Origin: Macrostomum hystrix
Lineage: Eukaryota > Animalia > Platyhelminthes
DNA: 64,000 nucleotides
Assembly: GCA_950097015.1 (NCBI GenBank)
Contig: CATNEN010000024.1
Location: 6,076,001 to 6,140,000 of the forward strand
Reading direction: 5' to 3'
The notes below the pieces were generated by a model that was not told where the DNA came from, made no database searches, and saw only the letters and a list, made by a program, of their open reading frames with translations. Each line of letters starts with the position of its first letter. Within the stretch, counting starts at the first letter, position 1. This document shows, piece after piece, positions 22,130-34,300 of the stretch. A program made the position numbers and the translations under genes.

Positions 22130-22205
22130 ATTCTTCCCATGGAGTCGGGAATCGAACCCCCGACCTTCAAGTCGTGAGTCAGACGCTAGGCTACACTAGA
22201 CAACA
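22130..22205 (-). mobile_element. SINE family A head only
   Basis: Minus strand reads GCGTCTGACTCACGACTTGAAGGTCGGGGGTTCGATTCCCGACTCCA and then runs into the 30-bp array. Confidence 0.85.
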
Positions 22206-22685
22206 AGCCCTGATTAGCGGTGTAGAGTCATTAAGAAAGCGGAAGCTTAACTATGGAGAGCATCGACTATAGGAGAGTGCCGTGACAAGTTTTCAAAAAG
22301 CGTCTTTTGACATACATTGTTTGCTGAATAATTGAGTGCTTCTGTTGGCGCGTGGAACGAAGGCTACTATCTAAGGAATCTAAGGAGGGAGCAGCTTTTG
22401 CATTTCCTGAATTTATTTATAACCTCAGCAGCAGTAGGAGCAGAATAAATGCACCTAAATTTGAAAGGAAATGGGTACTAGAAAGACCAACTATAGCTGC
22501 TGATAAATTTGATCAGTTTTTAACTAAGAAAATTGCATCGGTATATTGATTGTACAGTATTTTAAACAAGCGCGTGTTTCTCATTTTCTCTACACAAGTT
22601 TCACGTAAGGACTTAAGATATTTAGCACTTTTTAAAATGGTTTCAAAATAGGAGTGAAATGGAAATAAGATTTGAAAGCTGTCAA

Positions 22686-23065
22686 TTATAATAACAGAAA
22701 TAATAATAATAATAATAGCAAAAGGGCTGCTTGCAATGGCACACTAGACATTGGTGACACTAGACCCGCAGCCAGCGAGGAGGCAATTCTGTCCATTTCG
22801 CTGACTCCTGAGCACACACGCACACAGATACTGTACGCAGGCACACGCTCACACAGGTGTGTACATCTGCCCTGACTTTCTCATCATCAGGCAGTGTACA
22901 CTCTCATTGTGCCTTGGAGGTTGGCCCTCAAGGGCGTAAATTGCACGACAAGCCTCCAAGCCTTCTCTCCGCGGCTGCACCCAAATGAATGCGGCCTCGC
23001 AGCAGAATCGAGCTCAGGGACCTTGGTGCGAGAGGCAAAAGCGTAAACCGCTATGCCACTCACCC
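22686..23065 (-). mobile_element. SINE family B, full-length copy with (ATT)n tail
   Basis: A box TGGCATAGCGG, degenerate B box GAGCTCGATTC, shared body and TAT/ATT tail at 22686-22716. Confidence 0.88.
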
Positions 23066-23074
23066 TCCTTGGTC

Positions 23075-23258
23075 AATGATGATTGGCCAAGGTCAGTCCC
23101 GTGCCTGGCTAGCGAATGTTAAAAAGGTGGTTCCCGAAAACGTTTCTAAAAATAGAAACAATGATTGGTCAAGGTTAGTCCCGTGCCTGGCTAGCGAATG
23201 TTAAAAAGGTGGTTCCCGAAAACGTTTCTAAAAATAGAAACAATGATTGGTCAAGGTT
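23075..23258. repeat. 82-bp tandem duplication (about 2.3 copies)
   Basis: ATGATTGGTCAAGG recurs at 23161 and 23243, with near-identical sequence between. Confidence 0.9.
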
Positions 23259-23754
23259 AATCACGTGTTTGGCTTGAGCAATCTTAAAAAGTTGTTTTTT
23301 CTAATTGCTGCGTCAACCAAATAGAGTAGTCAATTATCCATTATCTACCTTTTATAATGAAATAGTATACTTATTTAATAAAAGAATAACTAGCATAAAT
23401 TTGAAAAACATAAATTGTTTTTAAGTACTAAATGGATCGATAATCGTGCACAAGCGTAGTCCATAAAATACGATACATTAATTTGCACATCACGAGAAGC
23501 CGTAAGGGCCCAAAAAAAATCTTACATTACTACTCAAGGGCTGGTGCACGCTCCTGTTCCGATTTAAAAAGGCCCAGACTTACATATCTCCTTAGGGAAT
23601 TGCCGAATTGGCATCTCGGGTCTCAGTGACAAATCGGATTGAGTTTTGAGATGGCGACCACTCTATTGCTCGTTAGTGGTTCTGAAATTCTGCATTTATT
23701 GAAATAAAGTTGAGTTCTAAGTACGACTATGGTCGGGGTAAAGTCAAAGAGAGC

Positions 23755-23870
23755 TTGTAGCCAAGTGCTTAGAGCTTTGTTCTTCCGACTGAGAGGTCTG
23801 GAGTTCGATTCTCAATCCATGGGGAAGCAGTGCGTGTCCGCGGACTGAAGACCTGTACACACAGCCAGGG
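23755..23870 (+). mobile_element. degenerate SINE family A-like fragment
   Basis: TTGTAGCCAAGTGCTTAGAGC, GAGTTCGATTCTC and GTCCGCGGACTGAA resemble family A head and 3' segments. Confidence 0.5.
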
Positions 23871-24504
23871 CTAGGTGTTATTTCTATCTTTTAACTAATC
23901 TGAGTACAAAAAGTATATTAAAAAAAGTTGCTTCTAATTGTTTAGTTAGTCCGCTATATCTGACGGTAATCAAATTTGAAAAAAGCTTTCAAGTTTATTT
24001 CGGTAGCAACAAATTATGACAAGTCAGGAGATTTGACAGATAATTTTAAGCGAAAAAGCTTTAAATAACTTTAATTTATTAGAAACTTGTAAAAATCTAA
24101 ATTATAGCTCGTACATCGAAGTATGCGACAAAAATTGCTCGCAATAGTGTAAGCTACTGTAAGTAGTCCTTGAGGAGTAAAACGTTATGATTCGCTTGAA
24201 TAACCTAAAGTAAAATGGCTTCTAACTAATAAATCACGAATCTTAGTAAAAAATTGATCCGTCAAAATTTATGGAACAAGCACATTGACACTACTTAACA
24301 ATCAGACGGCAGTAGTACTGCAGCGAAAGATAAAATACAGTTTTGGAAAACAGCGAAAGAATTAAAATTCAACCGCATAGGAAGACCTTCACCAAAAAGC
24401 TAATAGCAATGAACAATTATTATTAACAAATTAACAAGCTCTTTAACTAATTAGTTATTCGTGTGCGCCAGTTTGAAAAAAACTGATGCCCCGGTACGAT
24501 ATAA

Positions 24505-24830
24505 GCAACCCATTCTATTGCATAACACATGGGATAGATTAGCGTTTCCATCAATCGGATATATAAGCAATCTATTCTGTTCCTTCATCAATGTGATGGA
24601 TTAGCAATCCGTTCGTTCCTTTATCCATGGGATAGATTAGCAATCCATACGGTTCCTTTATCCATGGGATAGATTAGCAATCCAATATATTCCATCCCAC
24701 AAGGGATAGATTAGCAATCCAATCTATTCCATCACACAAGGGATAGATTAGCAATCCATTCTATTCCATACCACAAGGGATAGATTAGCAATCCATTCTG
24801 TTCCATCACACATGGGATAGATTAGCAATC
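24505..24830. repeat. degenerate ~37-39-bp tandem repeat (GGGATAGATTAGCAATCC core) in the FAXDC2 3' flank
   Basis: The core recurs about 8 times immediately downstream of the stop codon. Confidence 0.85.
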
Positions 24831-24856
24831 CCGTTGAGTTCAACCCAAGCTTGAGT

Positions 24857-27800
24857 TCACTTAGAAGCCTCAGCCTGGCGTCTCTTGTCGCCCCCCTTCT
24901 CATCCTCCGGGAACTGCTCACGCACTGGTACCAGGCTGAGCAGCAGGAAGTGCCTCTGGTAGGCCTTGCTGGCTCTGAACAGCCGATCTGTGCCGTGAAG
25001 ACTGTCAAGCACGCCGAGGACGCCGAAGTTGTTGACAAACTTCAGGTGGTGAAAGTCGTGAGCTTCAGGCGAGGGCAGTAGAGGAAAGTGGTAGCCGCAG
25101 TGGGCAATCGAGGTGGAGACAAGAGCCAGGCAGAACCAGACCCACACAGTGCCGATGTGCGAGCCCATGATCAGAGGCCCAACACACGGCGGCAGCAGGT
25201 TGGATAGCACGTGCTCAACTGGGTGCGCGTACAGGGATATTATCCCAATGGGAGCGGTCCACTCGTGATGAACCTTGTGAATATACCTGAAGACAAGAGA
25301 CTGGCATATATGTGAGAGTACATGAAAAATATTGTAAAACTTCAGGATCTGGGAGGATGGCAGCCCAGCATAAGGATCTGGGAGGATGGCAGCCCAACAT
25401 GAGGATCTGGGAGGATGGCAGCCCAACATGAGGATCTGGGAGGATGGCAGCCCAGCATGAGGATCTGGGAGGATGGCAGCCCAGCATGAAGATCTGGGAG
25501 GATGGCAGCCCAGCATGAGGATCTGGGAGGATGGCAGCCCAGCATGAAGATCTGGGAGGATGGCAGCCCAGCATGAAGATCTGGGAGGATGGCAGCCCAA
25601 CATGAGGATCTGGGAGGATGGCAGCCCAACATGAGGATCTGGGAGGATGGCAGCCCAACATGAGGATCTGGGAGGATGGCAGCCCAACATGAGGATCTGG
25701 GAGGATGGCAGCCCGGCATGAGGATCTGGGAGGATGGCAGCCCAACATGAGGATCTGGGAGGATGGCAGCCCAACATGAGGATCTGGGAGGATGGCAGCC
25801 CGGCATAAGGATCTGGGAGGATGGCAGCCCAACATGAGGATCTGGGAGGATGGCAGCCCAACATGAGGATCTGGGAGGATGGCAGCCCAACATGAGGATC
25901 TGGGAGGATGGCAGCCCAACATGAGGATCTGGGAGGATGGCAGCCCAACATGAAGATCTGGGAGGATGGCAGCCCAGCATGAGGATCTGGGAGGATGGCA
26001 GCCCAGCATGAAGATCTGGGAGGATGGCAGCGCAGCATGAAGATCTGGGAGGATGGCAGCCCAACATAAGGATCTGGGAGGATGGCAGCCCAACATGAGG
26101 ATCTGGGAGGATGGCAGCCCAACATGAGGATCTGGGAGGATGGCAGCCCGGCATGAGGATCTGGGAGGATGGCAGCCCAACATGAGGATCTGGGAGGATG
26201 GCAGCCCGGCATGAGGATCTGGGAGGATGGCAGCCCAACATGAGGATCTGGGAGGATGGCAGCCCAACATGAGGATCTGGGAGGATGGCAGCCCGGCATG
26301 AGGATCTGGGAGGATGGCAGCCCAACATGAGGATCTGGGAGGATGGCAGCCCGGCATGAAGATCTGGGAGGATGGCAGCCCAACATGAGGATCTGGGAGG
26401 ATGGCAGCCCAACATGAGGATCTGGGAGGATGGCAGCCCAACATGAGGATCTGGGAGGATGGCAGCCCGGCATGAGGATCTGGGAGGATGGTAGCCCAAC
26501 ATGAGGATCTGGGAGGATGCCTCCGATTGCTAAGAATTCTAGAATTCTAGAATTCTTAAGAATTTAAGAAGAAGATTCCCGGAGTCAATGACACGCGGGC
26601 CACTCACTTATAGATTCTGGGGTGGTGCAGCAGCCTGTGAGAGTAGTAGAAGAAGACCTCCTCCGCCAGCACGCAGACGCCAATCTCCAGGATGACCCAC
26701 TGCAGCGTGGGCAGCTCGCCGTGGAACACGCCGCCACGCAGTCGGAAGGCCTGGTAGGCGCAGTAGGAGAAGGGAATGCCCACAACCAGCTGGTTGAACA
26801 GCACCAGCCCGATGGCTTTGGCCAGCTGACGCCTATCCACCGGGGCATTCTTCTCTGGCTGAACCTGAGACGCCAATGCAGATGATCAATTTGATTCGGG
26901 AACGCACAACAATGGACTAAAAATCAAAATCCACTTAACAATTGCCTTTTTAAAAATTTACATACTTAACAATGACGCAACAAATAATTATCTGCTTTAT
27001 CAATGACCTACAATACTGAAACCTACTCAAGAATGTCCAACAAGCCAGAAACCTACTCAATAATGCCCTACAAGCCAGAAACCTACTCAATAATGCCCTA
27101 CAAGCCAGAAACCTACTCAAGAATGCTCTACAAGCCAGAAACCTACTCAAGAATGCTCTACAAGCCAGAAACCTACTCAAGAATGCCCTACAAGCCAGAA
27201 ACCTACTCAAGAATGCTCTACAAGCCAGAAACCTACTCAAGAATGCTCTACAAGCCAGAAACCTACTCAAGAATGCCCTACAAGCCCGAAACCTACTCAA
27301 GAATGCTCTACAAGCCAGAAACCTACTCAAGAATGCTCTACAAGCCAGAAACCTACTCAAGAATGCTCTACAAGCCAGAAACCTACTCAAGAATGCTCTA
27401 CAAGCCAGAAACCTACTCAAGAATGCCCTACAAGCCAGAAACCTACTCAAGAATGCTCTACAAGCCAGAAACCTACTCAAGAATGCCCTACAAGCCAGAA
27501 ACCTACTCAAGAATGCTCTACAAGCCAGAAACCTACTCAAGAATGCCCTACAAGCCAGAAACCTACTCAAGAATGCCCTACAAGCCAGAAACCTACTCAA
27601 TAATTCCCTACAAGCCTCAAAACTACTCAAGAATGCTCTACAAGCCAGAAACCTACTCAAGAATGCCCTACAAGCCAGAAACCTACTCAATAATTCCCTA
27701 CAAGCCTCAAAACTACTCAAGAATGACCTACATGCTCAAAACCTACTCAAGAATAACCTAAAATACCTAAACCAACGAACTTAGGAGTTCATTCTGGACT

Positions 27801-28179
27801 CCTAGAATGAGTCCAATGAGTCCATTCCATAGGTACTAGCCCGAAACCTTCTCAAGAATCAACTGACCTTGTAACGCATTAGAAATTTAGGCCAATTGAA
27901 AGTGTCCAAAAGAATCAACAGCAGATTTACAGACCAATAGACAATCATTGTGATGACAGTTGAGCCCCACAAGCTGGCAGAGGCATCTGTACCACCAAAA
28001 AAATCATAGGTCGCATCAAATGAGCTTTGCCAGAAATTGCCAGAGGCGCCCCAGAAGCGCTGGGCAAGATCAGTGACAGTGTTTCTGGCAGCCACAAAAG
28101 CCACAAGAGAGCTGCCGATGACAAAGGCGGCAGTGCGCAGGGAGTCAGTCCAATTTGGTGACAAAATGACTGCTGCCAT
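24857..28179 (-). CDS. FAXDC2: fatty acid hydroxylase domain-containing protein 2 (sterol desaturase family), 3 exons, 332 aa
   Basis: Exons 28179-27868, 26864-26608 and 25286-24857 (999 nt, phase-compatible). His boxes YYSHRLLHH, IHKVHHEW, HCGYH and HDFHHLKF are present, plus QRFWGASGNFWQ and WTAPIGIISLYAHPVEH, which match FAXDC2 as I recall it. Confidence 0.95.
25345..26520. repeat. 29-bp minisatellite (AGGATCTGGGAGGATGGCAGCCCAACATG) in FAXDC2 intron 2
   Basis: About 40 tandem copies filling about 89% of the intron. Confidence 0.96.
27004..27760. repeat. 30-bp minisatellite (TACAAGCCAGAAACCTACTCAAGAATGCTC) in FAXDC2 intron 1
   Basis: About 25 tandem copies. Confidence 0.96.
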
Positions 28180-30459
28180 ATTTTCTATAGCTGATTGATT
28201 TTAGACCTGAAATACAAATGCAGTGAAAAGTGTTTTAATGTCTTTAATAAAGTAAATGGATATTTGTATTTTTATATTCATATATCAGTTATTCAAAATA
28301 TTGACATACCTATACCTAGTTTTTTGTTCAACAGTTTGCAAGATTTCCATTGCAAAATGCTATAATGAAATAGCAAATAAGAAAAGCAAATTAGAAAGAA
28401 TAAACATAAAAGTAACAAGTAAACACATTTTCTCATTCTTATTTTTTTATTAATTTATCTAAAACAACAACAGAACAAAGTGGTATACTTAAAATTTGCT
28501 TATTGTCTTAAACATAATAGCTATCTGGCTATCAATTAAATGTATAATAAAAAGAAACAACAATTAAACATTGAACTACATTAACCAAGTAAATATATTA
28601 GTTACAGATTTTTTCACTTTCAGGTCTAGCTACCTAGAACTGGAAAGAAATTTGCAAAATTAAATATTAAAATTCACAAAAAAATATGGATACATAAAAT
28701 AAAATCAATATATATCAATATATCTATTCACAACTCATAAGCAATGATAGGCCTTTCTATCTCTAAATATATTTACACATACCCACAAACTTATACTTAC
28801 TCAAACATACTCAAAATAGACAGTGTTACAATTCTAGTTTACAGTCTGACAGACCCGGGGTACTGGGGTAGCATAGCAGTGTACAGTTATAATTGCTAAA
28901 GTTAAAGACCCAGAAATGGCCACACCCTACACTGTTGCAGCAATGAAAAAAAGAAACCACTGAGAATTTAACTTATTCTTTAAGTAAACTAGTCACGCGA
29001 TTAATGTAATCGAAGGTGCATAGCTTAAAATATCAGAGATAAGCATTTGCTGTTGGTTTGACGTAGTAGCCAGCCGATAACACGATTTTATATCCAAGCC
29101 CTTATAATTTAAAAGCGCAATAAGGTCAACAAAGTTAAAAAAAAACAAAAAATGCATGTGATTTGCTTTCTCTACTAAAAGCATTATCTTATTGCGCTTC
29201 AACGTAACAATTTAAACTTTTAAACCTGTTATGATGAATTAAGTAGCTCTAATAGGCAGAATTTTCAAAACATTTTAACATATGTTTGTTTTATTACGTG
29301 TCTTTACGATAATTAAACACGCACTCGATTTAAAATTAAAACTAACTTTCGCAATTCGGAAGTTAAGATATGTATTTTGAAATGCAATATGAAAAATGAG
29401 TGGAAACTTAGTGGAAAATAAAAAAATACACGATGGCCAAATTCTAATTTTTTCAAATCCCAGGACTCGCTCTTTCAGTCTTGGAATCAAACCGCGCTTC
29501 AGGAATTTTATTTATTTGTTTTTTCATTTTATATTTTAGATTTAACTCACGACTAAATATTAACGTTTATTCATGAAAATAAATAGGTGATTATTGATAA
29601 TTCAGTGAGGTATTCTGCACTTTTCATCTAAAATCGACAATATCGTCATACAATCACGGTTGAAAAAATGCGGACACATAAATGTATCGCGAAGTCTTCA
29701 TCTAGAATCTACCATACTTAAATTATTGTTCATGTTTAGTAAAGGCATAGTAAACATTCAATTCTAACTAAACATTCAATTTATTTTTCGTTACAATACT
29801 TTACTCTTCTAAAAAGTACTCTAATCGAAGCAAACTATGTTAATGAGCGAAATAAACTATGCACACGAAATTGTCAGTCACTTGTGAAAATGTACTTAAA
29901 TATTAGACTTAAATCGAAACACAAGAATTGCTTTAACGCTCAAAGAAGCATTTTCAAGCTTACGTTTTAAGGGGAGAGTTGGTGAGTAAAGACTGAGTGT
30001 TATCAGGGGAATGCGAGTTGAGCATTCAAGACTAGCTCAACTTATCAAGCACTTCTACAAGGATAAAATATTCTTTCTATTTAAAATAGGGAATCATAAG
30101 TACCAGAGAAACATTGGAGCGTGTATGAGTTCTGAAATCTCTGCGTGCTGAGGAAAACAACGCCAATGGATTCGCTAAGAAAAAAATTGCGAATGCAACA
30201 AACTTAAAGAGCTCGGCATTGCTCGCCGGGTGATATTAAACTGAGATTCGCTATGATTGTTAAAATTGTTAGGCGCACCAGATTGTTTGCATCTGGCTGG
30301 CCTTGCTGATCGAGCCCCGATCGCACCAAACTGAACAGTTGAGATTAATTTGTTTCTTGGCGGTTTCGCGACGCTTCTAGTCTAGCAAGAAGCAAATAGC
30401 AAAAATATTTATATTTTATAGGCGCGGACCGGGGTTCGAATTCCTGGGTGGCGCGAGTG

Positions 30460-31323
30460 TCAGAAGAAGCTCGTCTCTTCGCCGCTTGTCAGCTCCGGAC
30501 AATGGCAGTAGTACTGCAGGGCCCTTTGCTGCTTCTGCTGTTGCTGTTGCTGTTGCTGCTGTTTCTGCTCCTGACCGCTCGGACTTCCTGCAGCGGTTGC
30601 CAAAGGCAACGACTGAAGCGAAGCTCTGGCCGAGGCCTGCGACTCCTCCAGCAGTTGACCGTAGAAGCCGCGCCGGATCCAGATCTCAGCCTCCGGCGTC
30701 TCCTGCTGCTGAGCCGCCTCCCGGCCGCCGATTGCGCGAGCTCGATTCCGCCGATGCGGCAGCGACATGGAGGTGGCCATGGCGGCACCCGCCTCATCAG
30801 CGCCAGCGGCAACGGTATCAATAGACTTGGCGCCGGCTGCTGCTGCTGCTGCTGCTGCGGGATATTCTCGACCAGGCGAGCTCACTGACTGCGGCTGCTC
30901 TATGGCCGATGCTCCCCCGATGCCACCGCCACCTCCGGCTACGCTGAGGCCGCTGTCCCCGCTGGGCAGGCTGCGAAGAGGTCGATAAAAAAATGCGGTC
31001 GGATCGGGACTCCGGCGCTGCTGCTGCTGCTGATTGTGCTGGTGCTGATAGTGATTCTGCTGGATTTGCTGAGGAAGGAAGTGCATCTGCTGTCCGTGAG
31101 GGTTCGGCCTAGGCGCGTACTCGCGCGTTGTGGGCGGCGTCAGAAAATCCGGTGATATCGGCGGTGGCGGCGACGACATTGACATCGAGGACGGCATCAT
31201 GAGCAGCGGCGGTGGAGGAGACGGCGGCAGGGAGACAACCAGCTCCGCGGTGCAGATGTCGTGCTCAACATCGGTGCCGACAGTTCGAACTGAATGGCAC
31301 ATCGGGCGACCGGCCTGTACGCA
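30460..31323 (-). CDS. NRG: neuregulin-like gene, last exon (cytoplasmic tail)
   Basis: Acceptor ...GTCAACAG, 288 codons to TGA at 30460, phase 0 with exon 31837-31897. Confidence 0.8.
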   Translation of the reverse strand, partial: CVQAGRPMCHSVRTVGTDVEHDICTAELVVSLPPSPPPPLLMMPSSMSMSSPPPPISPDFLTPPTTREYAPRPNPHGQQMHFLPQQIQQNHYQHQHNQQQQQRRSPDPTAFFYRPLRSLPSGDSGLSVAGGGGGIGGASAIEQPQSVSSPGREYPAAAAAAAAGAKSIDTVAAGADEAGAAMATSMSLPHRRNRARAIGGREAAQQQETPEAEIWIRRGFYGQLLEESQASARASLQSLPLATAAGSPSGQEQKQQQQQQQQQKQQRALQYYCHCPELTSGEETSFF

Positions 31324-34300
31324 CTGTTGACGCGGTGGCAGGGAGTTGAGCAGTGTTTGAGCAGTGTTTGATTAAAATGAATAATAATTGCAGGAGGGCT
31401 GCTTGCAATGACACATCATTGGGTGACACTAGACCCGCAGCCAGTGAGGAGGCAATTCTGCCCATTTCGCTGACTCCTGAGCACACACGCGCACAGATAC
31501 TGTACGCAGGCACACGCCCACACAGGTGTGTACATCTGCCACATCTGCTCATCGTCAGGCAGTGTACACTTCACTATGCCTTGGAGGTTCGCCACAAGGG
31601 CGTAAATTGCATGACAAGCCCCCAAGCCTTCTCTCCGCGGCTGCGCCCCAAATAAATGTGGCCTCGCCGTGGAATCGAACTCAAGGACATTGGTTGGAAA
31701 GTGAGACGCGATACTATTTATTCGATCGAAATAACAAAATCATGGCAAATGCTTTAGATTTTATGAAAAAATCTAAAATATTCTGACTGCTCTACTTATA
31801 GTAATCTACTGAGGAGTTGTTTGGTAAAATTCTCACTTTGCATCGCTCGTTTTCTCGTTTAGCCTGCCTCCAGAAGTCGAAATCGCGTCTGCGCTGCCTG
31901 AAACAAAAGTACGAGCGTAGATTTAGGCCTGGGTGAGCACAGATGAGTAGATACTGATGAGGCTCTCGCGTGGCTGTTTAGATCTAATCATCGGGATGTT
32001 CGCCGAATCTTCCATTGTTGGCTTTCTCTAGGCTGTTTTGTTAGAAAGTTTAACCTGGGCCTCATCAGGATGTCAACTTGTCAGGCGGCACGCGATGCCA
32101 AATTTGGGAATCTGAGCAGGCACTATGGGAGCAGGTGCCCGCAGGTGTGGGGACCCTAATCCGCTCATCAAGAGTGTCAGCTTTCGCTTCGGATAGTTTT
32201 TTTCGATTCGACTGTCAGGTTTGGCACGAATCTTCCCAACTCTGACATCAAGGCTTGGTGTATTGAGTGAGCTATGAACACAAATTAGTTTGTTCGAATG
32301 GAAAACGATTGTGAGTTGATTTTGAATTGCAAATTGCTTTCGAGAACTTTTAGCATGGCTTTGCTAGGGTTGAGTGGGTGCTAAATTATATGAGCTGGTG
32401 TGAGGGTAGGGTGTGTCATTCTAGGAATAGGGTGTGAGGGTGTGTCATTCTAGGAATAGGGTGTGAGGGTAGGGTGTGTCATTCTAGGAATAGGGTGTGA
32501 GGGTGTGTCATTCTAGGAATAGGGTGTGAGGGTAGGGTGTGTCATTCCAGGAATAGGGTGTGAGGGTGTGTCATTCTAGGAATAGGGTGTGAGGGTAGGG
32601 TGTGTCATTCCAGGAATAGGGTGTGAGGGTGTGTCATTCTAGGAATAGGGTGTGAGGGTAGGGTGTGTCATTCCAGGAATAGGGTGTGAGGGTAGGGTGT
32701 GTCATTCTAGGAATAGGGTGTGCGGGTAGGGTGTGTCATTCCAGGAATAGGGTGTGAGGGTAGGGTGTGTCATTCCAGGAATAGGGTGTGAGGGTAGGGT
32801 GTGTCATTCTAGGAATAGGGTGTGAGGGTAGGGTGTGTCATTCCAGGAATAGGGTGTGAGGGTAGGGTGTGTCATTCCAGGAATAGGGTGTGAGGGTAGG
32901 GTGTGTCATTCCAGGAACAGGGTGTGAGGGTAGGGTGTGTCATTCCAGGAACAGGGTGTGAGGGTAGGGTGTGTCATTCCAGGAATAGGGTGTGAGGGTA
33001 GGGTGTGTCATTCCAGGAATAGGGTGTGAGAGTAGGGTGTGTCATTCCAGGAATAGGGTGTGAGGGTAGGGTGTGTCATTCCAGGAATAGGGTGTGAGGG
33101 TAGGGTGTGTCATTCCAGGAATAGGGTGTGAGGGTAGGGTGTGTCATTCCAGGAATAGGGTGTGCGGGTAGGGTGTGTCATTCCAGGAATAGGGTGTGCG
33201 GGTAGGGTGTGTCATTCCAGGAATAGGATGTGAGGGTAGGGTGTGTCATTCCAGGAATAGGGTGTGAGGGTAGGGTGTGTCATTCCAGGAATAGGGTGTG
33301 AGGGTAGGGTGTGTCATTCCAGGAATAGGGTGTGAGAGTAGGGTGTGTCATTCCAGGAATAGGGTGTGAGGGTAGGGTGTGTCATTCCAGGAATAGGGTG
33401 TGAGGGTAGGGTGTGTCATTCCAGGAATAGGGTGTGAGGGTAGGGTGTGTCATTCCAGGAATAGGGTGTGAGGGTAGGGTGTGTCATTCCAGGAATAGGG
33501 TGTGCGGGTAGGGTGTGTCATTCCAGGAATAGGGTGTGAGGGTAGGGTGTGTCATTCCAGGAATAGGATGTGAGGGTAGGGTGTGTCATTCCAGGAATAG
33601 GATGTGAGGGTAGGGTGTGTCATTCCAGGAATAGGGTGTGAGGGTAGGGTGTGTCATTCCAGGAATAGGGTGTGAGAGTAGGGTGTGTCATTCCAGGAAT
33701 AGGGTGTGAGGGTAGGGTGTGTCATTCCAGGAATAGGGTGTGAGGGTAGGGTGTGTCATTCCAGGAATAGGGTGTGCGGGTAGGGTGTGTCATTCCAGGA
33801 ATAGGATGTGAGGGTAGGGTGTGTCATTCCAGGAATAGGGTGTGAGGGTAGGGTATGTCATTCCAGGAATAGGGTGTGAGGGTAGGGTGTGTCATTCCAG
33901 GAATAGGGTGTGAGGGTAGGGTGTGTCATTCCAGGAATAGGGTGTGAGAGTAGGGTGTGTCATTCCAGGAATAGGGTGTGAGGGTAGGGTGTGTCATTCC
34001 AGGAATAGGGTGTGAGGGTAGGGTGTGTCATTCCAGGAATAGGGTGTGAGGGTAGGGTGTGTCATTCCAGGAATAGGGTGTGAGGGTAGGGTGCGTCATT
34101 TCAGGAATAGGGTGTGAGGGTAGGGTGTGTCATTCCAGGAATAGGGTGTGAGGGTAGGGTGTGTCATTCCAGGAATAGGGTGTGAGGGTAGGGTGCGTCA
34201 TTTCAGGAATAGGGTGTGAGGGTAGTATGTGTCATTCCAGGAATAGGATGTGATAGTAGGGTCGGTCATTAAATGATCAGGATGTGATAGTAGGGTCGGT

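Noticed and set aside
20857-22272. 471-aa repeat ORF, and similar ORFs at 4513-5170, 6840-7669, 25215-26502, 27003-27761, 41385-47328, 48698-49510 and 57562-59473
   Set aside because: These are translations of tandem repeats, often open in several frames or on both strands, mostly inside defined introns, and with no unique coding flanks.
22860-22905. hammerhead ribozyme in SINE B (CTGATGA...GAAA on the minus strand)
   Set aside because: Only 3 nt lie between CUGANGA and GAAA, there is no stem III or UH cleavage triplet, CTGA is paired in a different stem, and the 31.5-kb copy lacks GAAA. An Infernal search with hammerhead models would settle it.
30428-30446. Pol III B box (GGTTCGAATTCC) as a tRNA or SINE
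   Set aside because: No upstream A box or cloverleaf, and no SINE body.
30448-30988. plus-strand ORFs overlapping the neuregulin last exon
   Set aside because: They are antisense shadows of a GC-rich, CAG-repeat-containing exon that has a supported acceptor on the minus strand.
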